IMG/VR virus record: IMGVR_UViG_3300021256_000062
Location: 1-64,000 of that record
Origin: a virus
Lineage: Duplodnaviria > Caudoviricetes
Reading direction: 5' to 3' (one strand)
DNA: 64,000 nucleotides
Below the pieces are notes generated by a model. That model was not told where the DNA came from and did no database searches. It saw nothing but the letters and a program-made list of their open reading frames with translations. Shown piece after piece: positions 37,462 through 47,868 of this stretch (within the stretch, counting starts at the first letter, position 1; the number at the start of each line of letters is the position of its first letter). The position numbers and the translations under genes were made by a program.

Positions 37462-37812
37462 TTATATCTTATTTATTACATCAATTTCATCCATTGGTAA
37501 CCAACCAAACCAATTTTCTACGAATGATGTGCAATTTAAATCATTAAATCCTATTCCTGATACTTTAATCATGTTACCCATAACTTGTGTTACTTCCACT
37601 TGATAGAATCTTCCTTTAGGTAATCTACCATTGTTCCAATTAATTAAATTACTATCTTGATTATAAATAGAATCATTCAATCTAATTAGGTAACATTTAT
37701 CAGTTTCCATATGTAATTTGTCATTCTTATTAATTTTATAGTGTTCTTCTTCAACTTTAACTAGGTTTGCATATTTTAATTTATTTAATTCTCTAGTTAA
37801 TCTTTCACTCAT
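37462..37812 (-). CDS. hypothetical protein
   Basis: 116 aa ORF. Confidence 0.7.
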   Translation of the reverse strand: MSERLTRELNKLKYANLVKVEEEHYKINKNDKLHMETDKCYLIRLNDSIYNQDSNLINWNNGRLPKGRFYQVEVTQVMGNMIKVSGIGFNDLNCTSFVENWFGWLPMDEIDVINKI

Positions 37813-38018
37813 ATAGACTGTCTAATAGCCCTTATTTGTTTATCTACTTCATCATTAACTTCATTCCAAAGTTTTTCCTTTTCTTCTTCTAGATTAACAT
37901 TATCTGGATTATTAATAACTTTCTCCATTGTAAATTCAACCTTTGCTGAATTAAAGTTACCTAGATTTAAGGTAAATGATGATGTTGCGATAATCCTTGT
38001 AGTTTCAATATCTTTCAT
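37809..38018 (-). CDS. small phage protein
   Basis: NLGNFNS motif; AGGAGTGA RBS after promoter. Confidence 0.7.
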   Translation of the reverse strand: MKDIETTRIIATSSFTLNLGNFNSAKVEFTMEKVINNPDNVNLEEEKEKLWNEVNDEVDKQIRAIRQSI

Positions 38019-38038
38019 TTACATCACTCCTACTTAAA

Positions 38039-38067
38039 ATTATAACACTATTTAAATTATTTGTCAA
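38039..38067 (-). promoter_or_regulatory. consensus sigma-A promoter (clamp loader / SAM / SbcCD operon)
   Basis: TTGACA-17 bp-TATAAT. Confidence 0.85.
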
Positions 38068-38420
38068 TTGTTTTCTTCCTCTAACTTTTCAACTAAGAAT
38101 TTCATTAACTTTTCATCTATAATAAAAAAGTTTTCTTGTTCAGGACCAAAGTTAAATGCTATACAATTTTCATCAGCTCTAACATTAAATGCATCAGCCC
38201 TATTTTTATCAATCCATTCCTTTTTAATTGAAAATGAATTTTTATCTTCCATACAAGTTTTGCACTCTATTAAGAGAGATGCATTAGGAACAACTACATC
38301 TCCCTTTCTATAAAGTCCTGCACCTGAGTTTGAATTCTTTTGACCATTTAATAACTTTGCAACATATGTTTCTTGTAAATCACTGAAATATCTTGTTGAT
38401 TGTTTATTTTTAGTATCCAA
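38064..38420 (-). CDS. PD-(D/E)XK nuclease, Holliday-junction-resolvase-like
   Basis: QE..VAK, SGA..KGDV, LIECKT. Confidence 0.7.
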   Translation of the reverse strand: MDTKNKQSTRYFSDLQETYVAKLLNGQKNSNSGAGLYRKGDVVVPNASLLIECKTCMEDKNSFSIKKEWIDKNRADAFNVRADENCIAFNFGPEQENFFIIDEKLMKFLVEKLEEENN

Positions 38421-38422
38421 TA

Positions 38423-39592
38423 TTATTCACTCTCCATTTGTTCTTCTTTTAGATTAACTCCAAATTCTTCTTCAATGTTAATTCCTAACATCTTTTCAAA
38501 TGAAACAACATTTGGATTATCCTTAATTGCAATCAATTCATACACTTTATCATAAATAGTTCTCCAGAAGTCTACATTCTCTTCTAAATACTTTTTAACA
38601 TTAGATTCACCATTTATTTTGATTTCCTTACCCGTAGAATCAGTTATTGGTTGTCCAGTGTCTAAATTAATAAAATTATACCAACTATTATTAATTTTAT
38701 TTATGATTCCAAAATGAGTTGCAACTTCAATAGTATCCCATAATACATCAATACCTTTAGTATAGTGTAGATGACATCTTCCAAGTTTTCTATCCCACTT
38801 ACAGAATTTTGTCTTTAATACTGCCATTTCAATAACATGTCCTGCTGGGCTACCATCTGAACATTTTTCACCAGCTTCATTAAAGAATTCTCCACGTTTA
38901 AATCTTAATCTTAATGAACAAGCTCTCTTCCAAGCATTTCCACCTGCAGTTTTCTCTGGATTTCCAAACATACAGTTAGGGTCTAAATACAAACCATTAA
39001 TACCTATAAATGTAGTCTTGTATCTATTAATTAAACCTGTGCTTCTCTTAACAAAGTCTGAAATACATTTAGCAAGTGTACCCATATCTTTCTTTTCCAT
39101 ACCAGCATTACTTACTTGTTGTGGTGCAATGGCAACTAAAGAGTCGAATATTACTAATCCAATTTCTCCTGTTTTAATACCATTGATAACAATATCAAAT
39201 AATTGTTCAGCGGATTGACCGGCTGCCTTTACATATACTGTTCTGATTTCTTCATCATTCATATCATATCCTGATTTAATTGACCAAGTAGGGTCAGCTG
39301 TACCCTCGGCATCTATAAATAAGATATGTTTTCTTTCTTCTATTGGTTTCTTCTTTTCTTGTCTAATAAAACATCCTGCCATTAAGAATGCTGCAGTAGT
39401 TTTACCAGATGATTCTGGACCAACTAATTCAATAAAACAAGCTCTAGGGATTGAGTTATATACACAGAAATCCCAACTAGGAGTTCCTAGAGAGAATGTC
39501 TCTTTGAATCCATCTAATTTAACACCATACACAGCAAGATTATCCATCTTGTATGTTTTATTAATATCTTTTATAAAACTATCTAATGACAT
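38423..39592 (-). CDS. recA: RecA-like recombinase
   Basis: GPESSGKTT, FIDAE, VIFDSL, GGNA.K..S.RL. Confidence 0.9.
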   Translation of the reverse strand: MSLDSFIKDINKTYKMDNLAVYGVKLDGFKETFSLGTPSWDFCVYNSIPRACFIELVGPESSGKTTAAFLMAGCFIRQEKKKPIEERKHILFIDAEGTADPTWSIKSGYDMNDEEIRTVYVKAAGQSAEQLFDIVINGIKTGEIGLVIFDSLVAIAPQQVSNAGMEKKDMGTLAKCISDFVKRSTGLINRYKTTFIGINGLYLDPNCMFGNPEKTAGGNAWKRACSLRLRFKRGEFFNEAGEKCSDGSPAGHVIEMAVLKTKFCKWDRKLGRCHLHYTKGIDVLWDTIEVATHFGIINKINNSWYNFINLDTGQPITDSTGKEIKINGESNVKKYLEENVDFWRTIYDKVYELIAIKDNPNVVSFEKMLGINIEEEFGVNLKEEQMESE

Positions 39593-40146
39593 TAGTTACT
39601 CCCTTCATTAAATGGGTTTACATAATCAGAATAATCTTTTTCATTCATTCTCTTTGAGATTATTTTAGATAATGTTTTTACCATTTCATTTGCACTTTCA
39701 ATTTTTGTTTTAATAATTCTAAAACTTCTAGCATATATTGCATTCACTATGCTATCATTCATAGATGCTGATTCTGCATATGCTCTATTTTCATCAACAG
39801 TTGTTTTCTTACCACTCGCAATATTTTGTATTTGATTATCAGAATATGCTTGGTTATATTTAATTTTTACATTTGCTTTAGATAAATCATCATATAGTCC
39901 TAAAAATTCTCCTTTAGAACCTAAAAAGTATATTGCATTTGTTAATTCTAGGAAATATTTCTCTAGTACTGCATCTGATACTAAATCTGCATTAATAACA
40001 TCTCTATTGATGTCTTTCATTATATCATCTAATACTTGAGTATATTCATTAACAATATCATCACTGATTGTTCTTATGTCATTTACATTTTCATCAATAT
40101 ACTTTTTTATATTTTTAATTTCATCTAAATTAATTGTAGTTTCCAT
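39592..40146 (-). CDS. helical protein next to RecA (possible UvsY-like mediator)
   Basis: all-helical, coupled to recA; function inferred from position only. Confidence 0.35.
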   Translation of the reverse strand: METTINLDEIKNIKKYIDENVNDIRTISDDIVNEYTQVLDDIMKDINRDVINADLVSDAVLEKYFLELTNAIYFLGSKGEFLGLYDDLSKANVKIKYNQAYSDNQIQNIASGKKTTVDENRAYAESASMNDSIVNAIYARSFRIIKTKIESANEMVKTLSKIISKRMNEKDYSDYVNPFNEGSN

Positions 40147-40154
40147 TAGACCAC

Positions 40155-40625
40155 CTACTTTTCAATTTCTACGAACTTATTGAAATCACATTTCATAAAT
40201 GTTCTTAACTTTTCAGTTGAAATTATATAGAATTTATACTTATCTTCAAGAACATCTTTGATATTAATTGATTTCTTACCATCATTTTTCATCTGTTTAA
40301 TTGTTCTAACATTTACCCATATTACTACATCATGTTTACTGAACCATAATAATACTCCAGGATATGTTCCTAATTTATTATCATATTCTAGTAAATCTTC
40401 ATATTGTGTCAGCTTTGCAAAATTAAATGTGTTCTCCTTTGTTTCCTTACATTCAATCATAAATAATTTACTGAATGCAAATCCTAAATAATCACAAATA
40501 TTTCTAGACTGACCATAATATCTACTTTGTTGGTCTGGTAATCTAATAATTGTATTATCAGGGAGACTAGTTTCCCAATCTCCCTTTACTTTTGCTTCAA
40601 ATTTCTTACCTAAACTATATGCCAA
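40155..40625 (-). CDS. recU: RecU-like Holliday junction resolvase
   Basis: GKKFE, CDY, IECKET, Q...L. Confidence 0.7.
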   Translation of the reverse strand: MAYSLGKKFEAKVKGDWETSLPDNTIIRLPDQQSRYYGQSRNICDYLGFAFSKLFMIECKETKENTFNFAKLTQYEDLLEYDNKLGTYPGVLLWFSKHDVVIWVNVRTIKQMKNDGKKSINIKDVLEDKYKFYIISTEKLRTFMKCDFNKFVEIEK

Positions 40626-40627
40626 GA

Positions 40628-41764
40628 TTATTCTCTCCTAGCTTCTGGAATCATATTTGTAATATTTCCACGAGATAATACAAATGATTGACCATTACCA
40701 AAGTTGAATAATAGAATATCTTCAGAACAATTATCAATAATTACTTTTAAATTATTAATATCAATGATTGCCTCATATCCATCAGTTACATTTGAATTTA
40801 AGATATCAATTTCTTCCTTATTTTCTTCTTTTGAATCATAGATGACTACTTTATCAGCACTGAACTTAAAAATACCAAAATCCTTTAAAGAATCATCTCT
40901 AGAGTTGTTAAATAATAATAATCTAGATAGTGCTTGTGATAATGCTAACTTGTCAATTGTAATTTGATGTGGATATGACATTTTTACTCTATCTCTAATT
41001 GCTTTAACTGGGAACTTACTTAATAAGCTTTCTTCAGTTGATGTGATAGATGTAATGATAATATCTTCATTTTCAAATCTTACTTTAGTTTGAATTAAAC
41101 CACTCTTAAGTTGGTCATATCCAATAGTAAACTTAACATTATCTCCTTCAAATAACTTAAATAACTTAACTAGTTTTTGATTTAATAATAATTTAATTGG
41201 CTGACTTAAACTAAAGTTATTTACACATGCACCTGTTGTAAATGTAATACATCCTTGTTCATCAATGTAAAATAACTTTTGAATTGGGTTAACAACCTCA
41301 TTTTTATTTAATTCCTTTAAGTTATAATTTAAGATACTTGATAAATAATCTACAGGAATAGTAAATTCAGATGTAGGATTATTAATTACAATTTCTTCTA
41401 ATTTTAATAAATCATTTCCTTCATAAATTAATGGGAACTTATAACTACCGTTTGCCTTTGCAATTAACATTGTTGATGTTACACTTAATTCAATTTGTTC
41501 AGTAGTTAATTTAGAAATTAAATTTAAGAATAATTTTGCATTAACAACTGCTCTAAAATTTTCATCTTGAATATCATTAATAGTTGCTCTTACATAATAA
41601 TCTTTGTTAGTAACATTTAAATATAATTTACCATCAGTAACTACTAGTTCTAGTTTGTCACCTACAGCTGTTTCATTAGGTGATGCATTCTTAACTGAAT
41701 CGTTATCTAATGCCCATAAAATTTTTGAAATAATCTTTTGTAATTTTTGTGTTTCTAGTATCAT
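40628..41764 (-). CDS. dnaN: DNA sliding clamp, beta-type
   Basis: 378 aa, three alpha/beta repeats, L.L..TN.D, VNAKLF..LISKL, C-terminal MIP; adjacent to polymerase. Confidence 0.75.
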   Translation of the reverse strand: MILETQKLQKIISKILWALDNDSVKNASPNETAVGDKLELVVTDGKLYLNVTNKDYYVRATINDIQDENFRAVVNAKLFLNLISKLTTEQIELSVTSTMLIAKANGSYKFPLIYEGNDLLKLEEIVINNPTSEFTIPVDYLSSILNYNLKELNKNEVVNPIQKLFYIDEQGCITFTTGACVNNFSLSQPIKLLLNQKLVKLFKLFEGDNVKFTIGYDQLKSGLIQTKVRFENEDIIITSITSTEESLLSKFPVKAIRDRVKMSYPHQITIDKLALSQALSRLLLFNNSRDDSLKDFGIFKFSADKVVIYDSKEENKEEIDILNSNVTDGYEAIIDINNLKVIIDNCSEDILLFNFGNGQSFVLSRGNITNMIPEARRE

Positions 41765-41778
41765 ATTTTTCCTTTCAT

Positions 41779-44634
41779 TTAATTACTTTTTAACATATTT
41801 AATAAATCTTTCTCTAATAATTCAGTATGTTCTAATTTTAATTGTTCAATTGCTTCTTCTCTAGACATTCCTGGTATTCCATTTTTATCATCACCATCTT
41901 CTAAATGTTCTAATTCATTTTGAATTTGAACTGATAATTCATCCCAATACCAATGGTCTACAATATAAGGGTCACAAGACATTGGAACATCAATATAAGG
42001 TTTTGCAGTGTCAATCATAACTTTTACTAACCTCTCAGCGGCTTTTTCAGCATTAACTTTTGGACAAGTACATAATATTTCATCATGAATTGGAACTAAC
42101 ATTCTTAATCCTAATTCATTTAATTCCTTATCATTATAAATATTTAACATTGCCATTTTAGTTAAGGTTGCAGCACCACCTTGAACAATACTATTTACTG
42201 ATTGTCTTTCAGCTCTTGCAATCTTATTTCCATTAGAAATTATTTCAAGTTCATCCTTTAATGCACTCTCTTTGATAGCTTCTATTTGTTTCCAACCTTT
42301 AGCATCTGCAATTGCCTTTTTATATTTATTTATTAGAGTATCATTATTTCTATTTTTACAAATTAATATTGGATTGAAATCACTATTATGTTTCTTATGT
42401 TCTTCAGTCCACTCAATTGAGTATTTAGGTAATGCAACATCTTCTAGATGTCTTCTTCTACCATACCAATCTTCTACATATAATACATCTCTAACCTTTT
42501 TATGTGTATCATCAATCCATTTTTTAACAGATGGGAATGACTTAAAGAATGTATCAATGATTTCTTGTGCTTCTTCTTTAGTCTTTCCAATTTGTTCTCC
42601 TACTGACCTTGCACCACGTCCATATAGTATGCCAAGCAAGATGCTTTTGGCCATTTTTCTTCTCTTCTTACCAGCTTTATTCTGATGAGTTTTATTTCCA
42701 CATATAACTTTTTGACCGTCTATTTCAATTTCAGTACCCTCAGGGTAGAATTCTAGACAATCTTCATATGGAACTCCAAATGATTGAGACGCAATAACTG
42801 AATAAAGGTCTTTTTTATCTATGTAAGCTTGTTTCATAACTGGGTCATTAGCATAATGAGCTGTTAATCTAGGTTCTTGTGCTGAGTAGTCACTACCTAC
42901 TAACATATAAGGTGTTCTAGATGTTATTGTACCATCACCATCAGTTACTAATTTATAATATTTTTTATTATTGTCAATTTCTAGTGTAATTGACTTTAAT
43001 TTACTACCATTCATTAACACATTATCAAATGATAAAGCACCTGCATCTACCCAACTACCATCATTTAATTGAATTTCATCTCCATAAGTGACAAAATAAC
43101 AATTATTTACTGATTCTAATGTATGTTCTACATTATCTGCACAGAATAATAAACGTAATTCATTATTTTTTGATGGAATTTGTTGTAAATTTGGATTACT
43201 TGAACTAAATCTACCTGTTACTACACCTTTTTCTTCCTTACCTGTTTGGTTAAAGTTACAATGAATCTTTCCAGTTACTGGATTTACTAGTTTTGGTAGT
43301 TTTTCAATGAAATCTGTTAATAATGTATGTATTGTTTTTCTTTCTAATAATAATTTTGCCAAAGTAAGACCATTTTCTTTATATTCCTCTAAAGTAAATT
43401 TATCAGTACTTCTTGGATTCTCTTCATCAATAGGTTGTAACTTTAATATATCATATAAAAGTATTGCTAACTGTGGTGGAGAATCATAATTAATAGGGTC
43501 TTCTAATATTTCAAGTTTAGATTTACCCAATTTATAGTAACCTTTATCATCTTTCAATGTATATCTAGGTTTACCTTTCTTATCTAATAAATTTTCCTTA
43601 TCAGTTTTATAAATCTTTGGTTTAGTATTGGCTTCTTTTGATAATTTCCAATCCATTATCTTTTGAGAATACTGTTGCATTTCTTCATCCAACTTTTGAT
43701 TGGCAATTTCAAACTTTTTAGTATATTTATCTAATAATCTTTGACCATATTCTTTATCAAATTTAATACCATCTAACTCCATTTCAGCAACAGGGATTAT
43801 CAAAGGCATTTCGACATTCATAAATAATCTATATGGTCCTGATTGACTAGGTTGTTCTAATATTGATTTTTGATATAAATATAATTTATATGTCATAAGT
43901 GCATCAGTAGCTGCATATAAAGCAAAATAGAATGGGTCAATTACTTCATATAAAATATTAGGGAACATTGAATCAATATCATAAATAGGGTGACTAGAAT
44001 CAACTTTATAATGATATTGCCACTTAAGACCTGCATTAATATCATTTTCATTAATCATTCTAGAACCTATCATTGTATCCCAATATATAGGTAATTCAAC
44101 ACCTAAATACATTTTAGTAAATTGATAATCGAATTTACCATTATGCATTACTACTTTAACTTTATTTTTAACTACTCTTTTAAGTTGTTCTGCACATAAC
44201 TCCTTTGATACTTGTTGTATCTTCTCTCCAGTTAAATAGTTAACATGTTCAATTGGAACATATGCTGGTTTATTAGACGGACTATATAAACATAGTCCAA
44301 CTATCTTACCAGTTATAGGGTCTAATGAGTTATTTGTTTCAGTATCATATGCAAGTATGCCATCTTTAATTACATTATCAAAATATTTAACTAGTTCTTC
44401 TTCTGTTGTAATTACTTGAGTTTCATTACTATGTCTACCTAAAATACGATAAACATATCTATATAAGATATTTAACTTATCTTTAAGTAGAACTTTATTA
44501 TTCTTCATTAATTTCTTAATGTCATCTTTAAGTTCTTCTTGTTCTGGGTTTGCAATCTTATCTAGTATTTCATCTACTTTAGTTTTCTTTTTAGGGATGA
44601 TGAATTCATCACCCCATAAGTTAACATCTTGCAT
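41779..44634 (-). CDS. polA: family A DNA polymerase with 3'-5' exonuclease
   Basis: YDTET, HNGKFD, YAATDA; TGRFSSSNPNLQQIP; DYSAQEPR; RRKMAKSILLGILYG; IHDE. Confidence 0.93.
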   Translation of the reverse strand: MQDVNLWGDEFIIPKKKTKVDEILDKIANPEQEELKDDIKKLMKNNKVLLKDKLNILYRYVYRILGRHSNETQVITTEEELVKYFDNVIKDGILAYDTETNNSLDPITGKIVGLCLYSPSNKPAYVPIEHVNYLTGEKIQQVSKELCAEQLKRVVKNKVKVVMHNGKFDYQFTKMYLGVELPIYWDTMIGSRMINENDINAGLKWQYHYKVDSSHPIYDIDSMFPNILYEVIDPFYFALYAATDALMTYKLYLYQKSILEQPSQSGPYRLFMNVEMPLIIPVAEMELDGIKFDKEYGQRLLDKYTKKFEIANQKLDEEMQQYSQKIMDWKLSKEANTKPKIYKTDKENLLDKKGKPRYTLKDDKGYYKLGKSKLEILEDPINYDSPPQLAILLYDILKLQPIDEENPRSTDKFTLEEYKENGLTLAKLLLERKTIHTLLTDFIEKLPKLVNPVTGKIHCNFNQTGKEEKGVVTGRFSSSNPNLQQIPSKNNELRLLFCADNVEHTLESVNNCYFVTYGDEIQLNDGSWVDAGALSFDNVLMNGSKLKSITLEIDNNKKYYKLVTDGDGTITSRTPYMLVGSDYSAQEPRLTAHYANDPVMKQAYIDKKDLYSVIASQSFGVPYEDCLEFYPEGTEIEIDGQKVICGNKTHQNKAGKKRRKMAKSILLGILYGRGARSVGEQIGKTKEEAQEIIDTFFKSFPSVKKWIDDTHKKVRDVLYVEDWYGRRRHLEDVALPKYSIEWTEEHKKHNSDFNPILICKNRNNDTLINKYKKAIADAKGWKQIEAIKESALKDELEIISNGNKIARAERQSVNSIVQGGAATLTKMAMLNIYNDKELNELGLRMLVPIHDEILCTCPKVNAEKAAERLVKVMIDTAKPYIDVPMSCDPYIVDHWYWDELSVQIQNELEHLEDGDDKNGIPGMSREEAIEQLKLEHTELLEKDLLNMLKSN

Positions 44635-44644
44635 TTAATTACTC

Positions 44645-45595
44645 CTAATAGAATTTTCTAGGTGTTCTTACTCCATCATTAGTAGGTTGTTGTCCTTGAC
44701 CTTGTGCAGGTTGACCATTTCCATTTGTCCAATTGTATGGTGGTTGTCCTTGTGGATTTCCTTGAGGTTGATATCCATGTGGATTTCCTTGAGTGTTTCC
44801 TTGTGGTTGTTGACCATAAGTTTGTTGTCCACCATATTGTGGTTGTTGATATTGACCTTGTGGTTGATATCCTTGTTGTGGGTTATATCCACCTTGTGGT
44901 GCATATCCATTTTGTGGGAATGGGTTTTGTTCAGCTTGTTGATATGTTGGTACATTTTGTACATTTTGTTGTGGAGCATTATTTGTTTGTGGGAATGCAC
45001 CTGTATTTTGGAACTGAACAATTTCATCATATGTTTTAACCATTAAGATTCCCTTTGTAACATCAAAGTTTTCAAATCCACTGAAATCAGCAGGATATGC
45101 TTGTTCATTGTAAATTTGAGCATTAACTGCTGAAATATCATATACAGTCTTATTATCTCCTGCAGCACCCATTCTCTTAATCTTATAAACTACATTAGTT
45201 CCATTATCTGCAAATCTTTCAGCAAGAGTTGCTAATAACTTACTTGGTCTTTCCCAAATTGTAGGTACTAATCTAATTTGACCTGATTGTGGGTCTTGGA
45301 AATATGCTAATGCCTTAATGTATGCTTTAGATGATGGATAACTTTTAGATGCACAAATTGGACACATATCAATTGGGTCCTTTGGATTTCTTAAACAAGC
45401 TAAGTTTCTCCACTTACCAGCTACACTAATCTTATGTACATCAAATAATTGGATATCATCTACTGAATTGTAAGGGAATCTTACATAAACAGTATCTCCA
45501 TCATTTTTTAAATAATTGCTTAAGAACTCAACTTGACTTCTATTGTGTTCTCTTTCATCTTGTGTTTTAATATACTCACTATAATTGTATGACAT
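44645..45595 (-). CDS. ssb: single-stranded DNA-binding protein (gp32-like) with Q/G/P/Y-rich tail
   Basis: LKNDGD..VRF, H..C..CPIC, W, KIKR.G; position between primase and polymerase. Confidence 0.7.
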   Translation of the reverse strand: MSYNYSEYIKTQDEREHNRSQVEFLSNYLKNDGDTVYVRFPYNSVDDIQLFDVHKISVAGKWRNLACLRNPKDPIDMCPICASKSYPSSKAYIKALAYFQDPQSGQIRLVPTIWERPSKLLATLAERFADNGTNVVYKIKRMGAAGDNKTVYDISAVNAQIYNEQAYPADFSGFENFDVTKGILMVKTYDEIVQFQNTGAFPQTNNAPQQNVQNVPTYQQAEQNPFPQNGYAPQGGYNPQQGYQPQGQYQQPQYGGQQTYGQQPQGNTQGNPHGYQPQGNPQGQPPYNWTNGNGQPAQGQGQQPTNDGVRTPRKFY

Positions 45596-45616
45596 ATTCT
45601 TTTCTTCTTTTCCTTT

Positions 45617-46567
45617 CTAATTTAAATAATTTCTAAAATATGTTATAAATTCATCTCTAGATAAATCATTGACATCTTTATCTGGTGGTAAATTCAATAT
45701 ATCTATGAAAACATCTTTTCTAATTTTAGATATAAATTTTGATACACCAGACTTTCCTGCATCATCCCCATCTAATGCAAGTACATAATATCTAACACCT
45801 GATTTATTTAGAATATCGGCTTGATAGTTTGTTAAACTACTACCAAACAATGCAATTGCTGGAATACCATATGTCCAACAAGTTAATGCATTTATTTGTG
45901 ATTCACACACTACTACTCTTTTAATATTTCTTAAATTGATGAAATTCATTAAGTATACAGGTTTTTCCACATCATGAGGAATATGAAACTCTTTTGTATT
46001 TACATTTCTACTTGTGTAGAACAAATAGTTACCTACTTCATCCCATACTGGAAATATTATACTTTCAGTTTTATCATCATATTTAATTTTAAAATCGTGA
46101 ATCACTTGTGGAGTAAGTTTTCTTTTTTGCATATAGGGATGCCAAGGTTGAAAACTCTCCAATATACTCTCATCAGCATAAACAATTGGAATATGCTGTG
46201 GTAGTTCTATTTTTGGTAAAAACCATTGTTGTTGATTTGTTTTAACTCCAAATTTCTTTATCAACCAATCTGTTGCAAATTGTTCATTTCTGTCGAAACA
46301 AGCTGCAATAAATTTAGGTAATCTTCCAGACTCTTTACAAGTAAAACAATTAAACGTTCCAAATTCCTTATCTCCTGTAGTCAAACTAATTACACCACAA
46401 GAGTTATTCCTTTCATGTCCTTCACTATGAAATGGACAAGGAACAGAAATATAACTACCTTTGTCTATTATACCATTTAATTTACCATTTGTCAACTCTT
46501 TTCTACATTCTTCTAAAATTTGCATTAATGGTGCTGAAATTAGATATCCATTTAAAATTAACTCCAA
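45617..46567 (-). CDS. dnaG: DNA primase
   Basis: CPFH..CFTC Zn finger; TOPRIM E..DGDDAG; KDVND. Confidence 0.88.
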   Translation of the reverse strand: MELILNGYLISAPLMQILEECRKELTNGKLNGIIDKGSYISVPCPFHSEGHERNNSCGVISLTTGDKEFGTFNCFTCKESGRLPKFIAACFDRNEQFATDWLIKKFGVKTNQQQWFLPKIELPQHIPIVYADESILESFQPWHPYMQKRKLTPQVIHDFKIKYDDKTESIIFPVWDEVGNYLFYTSRNVNTKEFHIPHDVEKPVYLMNFINLRNIKRVVVCESQINALTCWTYGIPAIALFGSSLTNYQADILNKSGVRYYVLALDGDDAGKSGVSKFISKIRKDVFIDILNLPPDKDVNDLSRDEFITYFRNYLN

Positions 46568-47868
46568 TTAAATACCTCACCCCCATTTGGTTGTTCAGTC
46601 TGTGATTGATTTACATCATATCTATGTTCATAATCAGTGTTATCTAGAGATTCTCCTTCTTCAGGAATATATTTAAATGTTCCTAGATTTAAATCAGTAT
46701 AGTAGGTTAATACTCTACCAACTTCTCCAGTATCTCTAGATTTTACTATTTGAACCTTGATAATATTTTTATCATTCTTATCTCTACTGATTCCCAGAAC
46801 AATTGTACTATCTTGACCAATTCTACTTGAGTTTTGAATTTGGTCTAATGATATTAATTCTGGGTCATCGTCATTTTTAGTTCTATTCATTTGAGATACA
46901 CATACAAATGGTATCTTCTTTAATGTTTGTAATATTCTTAAATCATATGAAATATTTGCAGCTTTCTCAAATGTTCCCTTTGCACCTCTTTCATCTTCAA
47001 GTAAAGAGTGTTGGTCAATGAATAATATATCTAAATTATATTTTTCAATGAATGCTCTTAATGCACTAACATTTGCAGGTCCACTAATATTGAAAGGAGT
47101 CAATACTTCAATATCTCCTTTTAATGTATCCTTAATATTATCAATATAATTTTTATAGTCAAGTTTAATATTTTCATTTCCATGCATTAAACTACCATTA
47201 GAAATATGACCAGCTAATGTATCAATTCTTAATGCTACTTTATCTACTGACATTTCTCCAGAATAGATACCCACATGTAATCCTTGTTCTGCAGCTTTTG
47301 TAGCAAAGAACAACATTAACCAAGTTTTACCAATACCACTTTTTGCAATAATAGTTGCTAATTCTTCTTGTCTATCCCATCCTAAAATTATTTTATCTAG
47401 TTCAGGAAGACCGGTCTTAACATAGTACTTACTGAAATTTTGTGTCTTATCAATGTATCTATCATATCTTGAAGTATCCTTTGTAATATTTACAGCTTCT
47501 AAACCTCTACTTACAGATAATTTCTCACTAGATTGTTTAAATACTTGTAAAGCCTCATCACTCTTATTTTGCATTATTAAGTTTCTAACAGTATTAAATG
47601 CATTTGCCATATCTCTAGTGTTCTTATCCCTAATTAATTCATTTAATAGATAAGAATCACCTTCTTCTACATTAATAACTTTAAAATCTGGGAATCTACT
47701 CAATAATGTTTCGTAATCAGGTGTTGTACCATACTGATTATAGTGATTCATTATGAAATTAAATTCCAATTTCAAGTCTGAGAAGAAATCTACATTTAAA
47801 TTATTTCTTGTAATCAATGAGATGTCTTTTGTTCTTACTACTTTATTTAATACTTGTAATTGAATCAT
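46558..47868 (-). CDS. dnaB: replicative helicase
   Basis: AKSGIGKT, SGEM, FIDQ, SQMNR, IGQDS, KSRD. Confidence 0.9.
   Translation of the reverse strand: MIQLQVLNKVVRTKDISLITRNNLNVDFFSDLKLEFNFIMNHYNQYGTTPDYETLLSRFPDFKVINVEEGDSYLLNELIRDKNTRDMANAFNTVRNLIMQNKSDEALQVFKQSSEKLSVSRGLEAVNITKDTSRYDRYIDKTQNFSKYYVKTGLPELDKIILGWDRQEELATIIAKSGIGKTWLMLFFATKAAEQGLHVGIYSGEMSVDKVALRIDTLAGHISNGSLMHGNENIKLDYKNYIDNIKDTLKGDIEVLTPFNISGPANVSALRAFIEKYNLDILFIDQHSLLEDERGAKGTFEKAANISYDLRILQTLKKIPFVCVSQMNRTKNDDDPELISLDQIQNSSRIGQDSTIVLGISRDKNDKNIIKVQIVKSRDTGEVGRVLTYYTDLNLGTFKYIPEEGESLDNTDYEHRYDVNQSQTEQPNGGEVFNWS

Noticed and set aside
42910-43137. Functional intein in PolA
   Set aside because: Too short, no TxxH block and no His-Asn followed by Cys/Ser/Thr; kept only as a Hint-like remnant.
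44668-45046. Stacked ORFs and repeat-like DNA suggesting a repeat array or overlapping genes
   Set aside because: By-product of the low-complexity Q/G/P SSB tail; no regular repeat-spacer structure.
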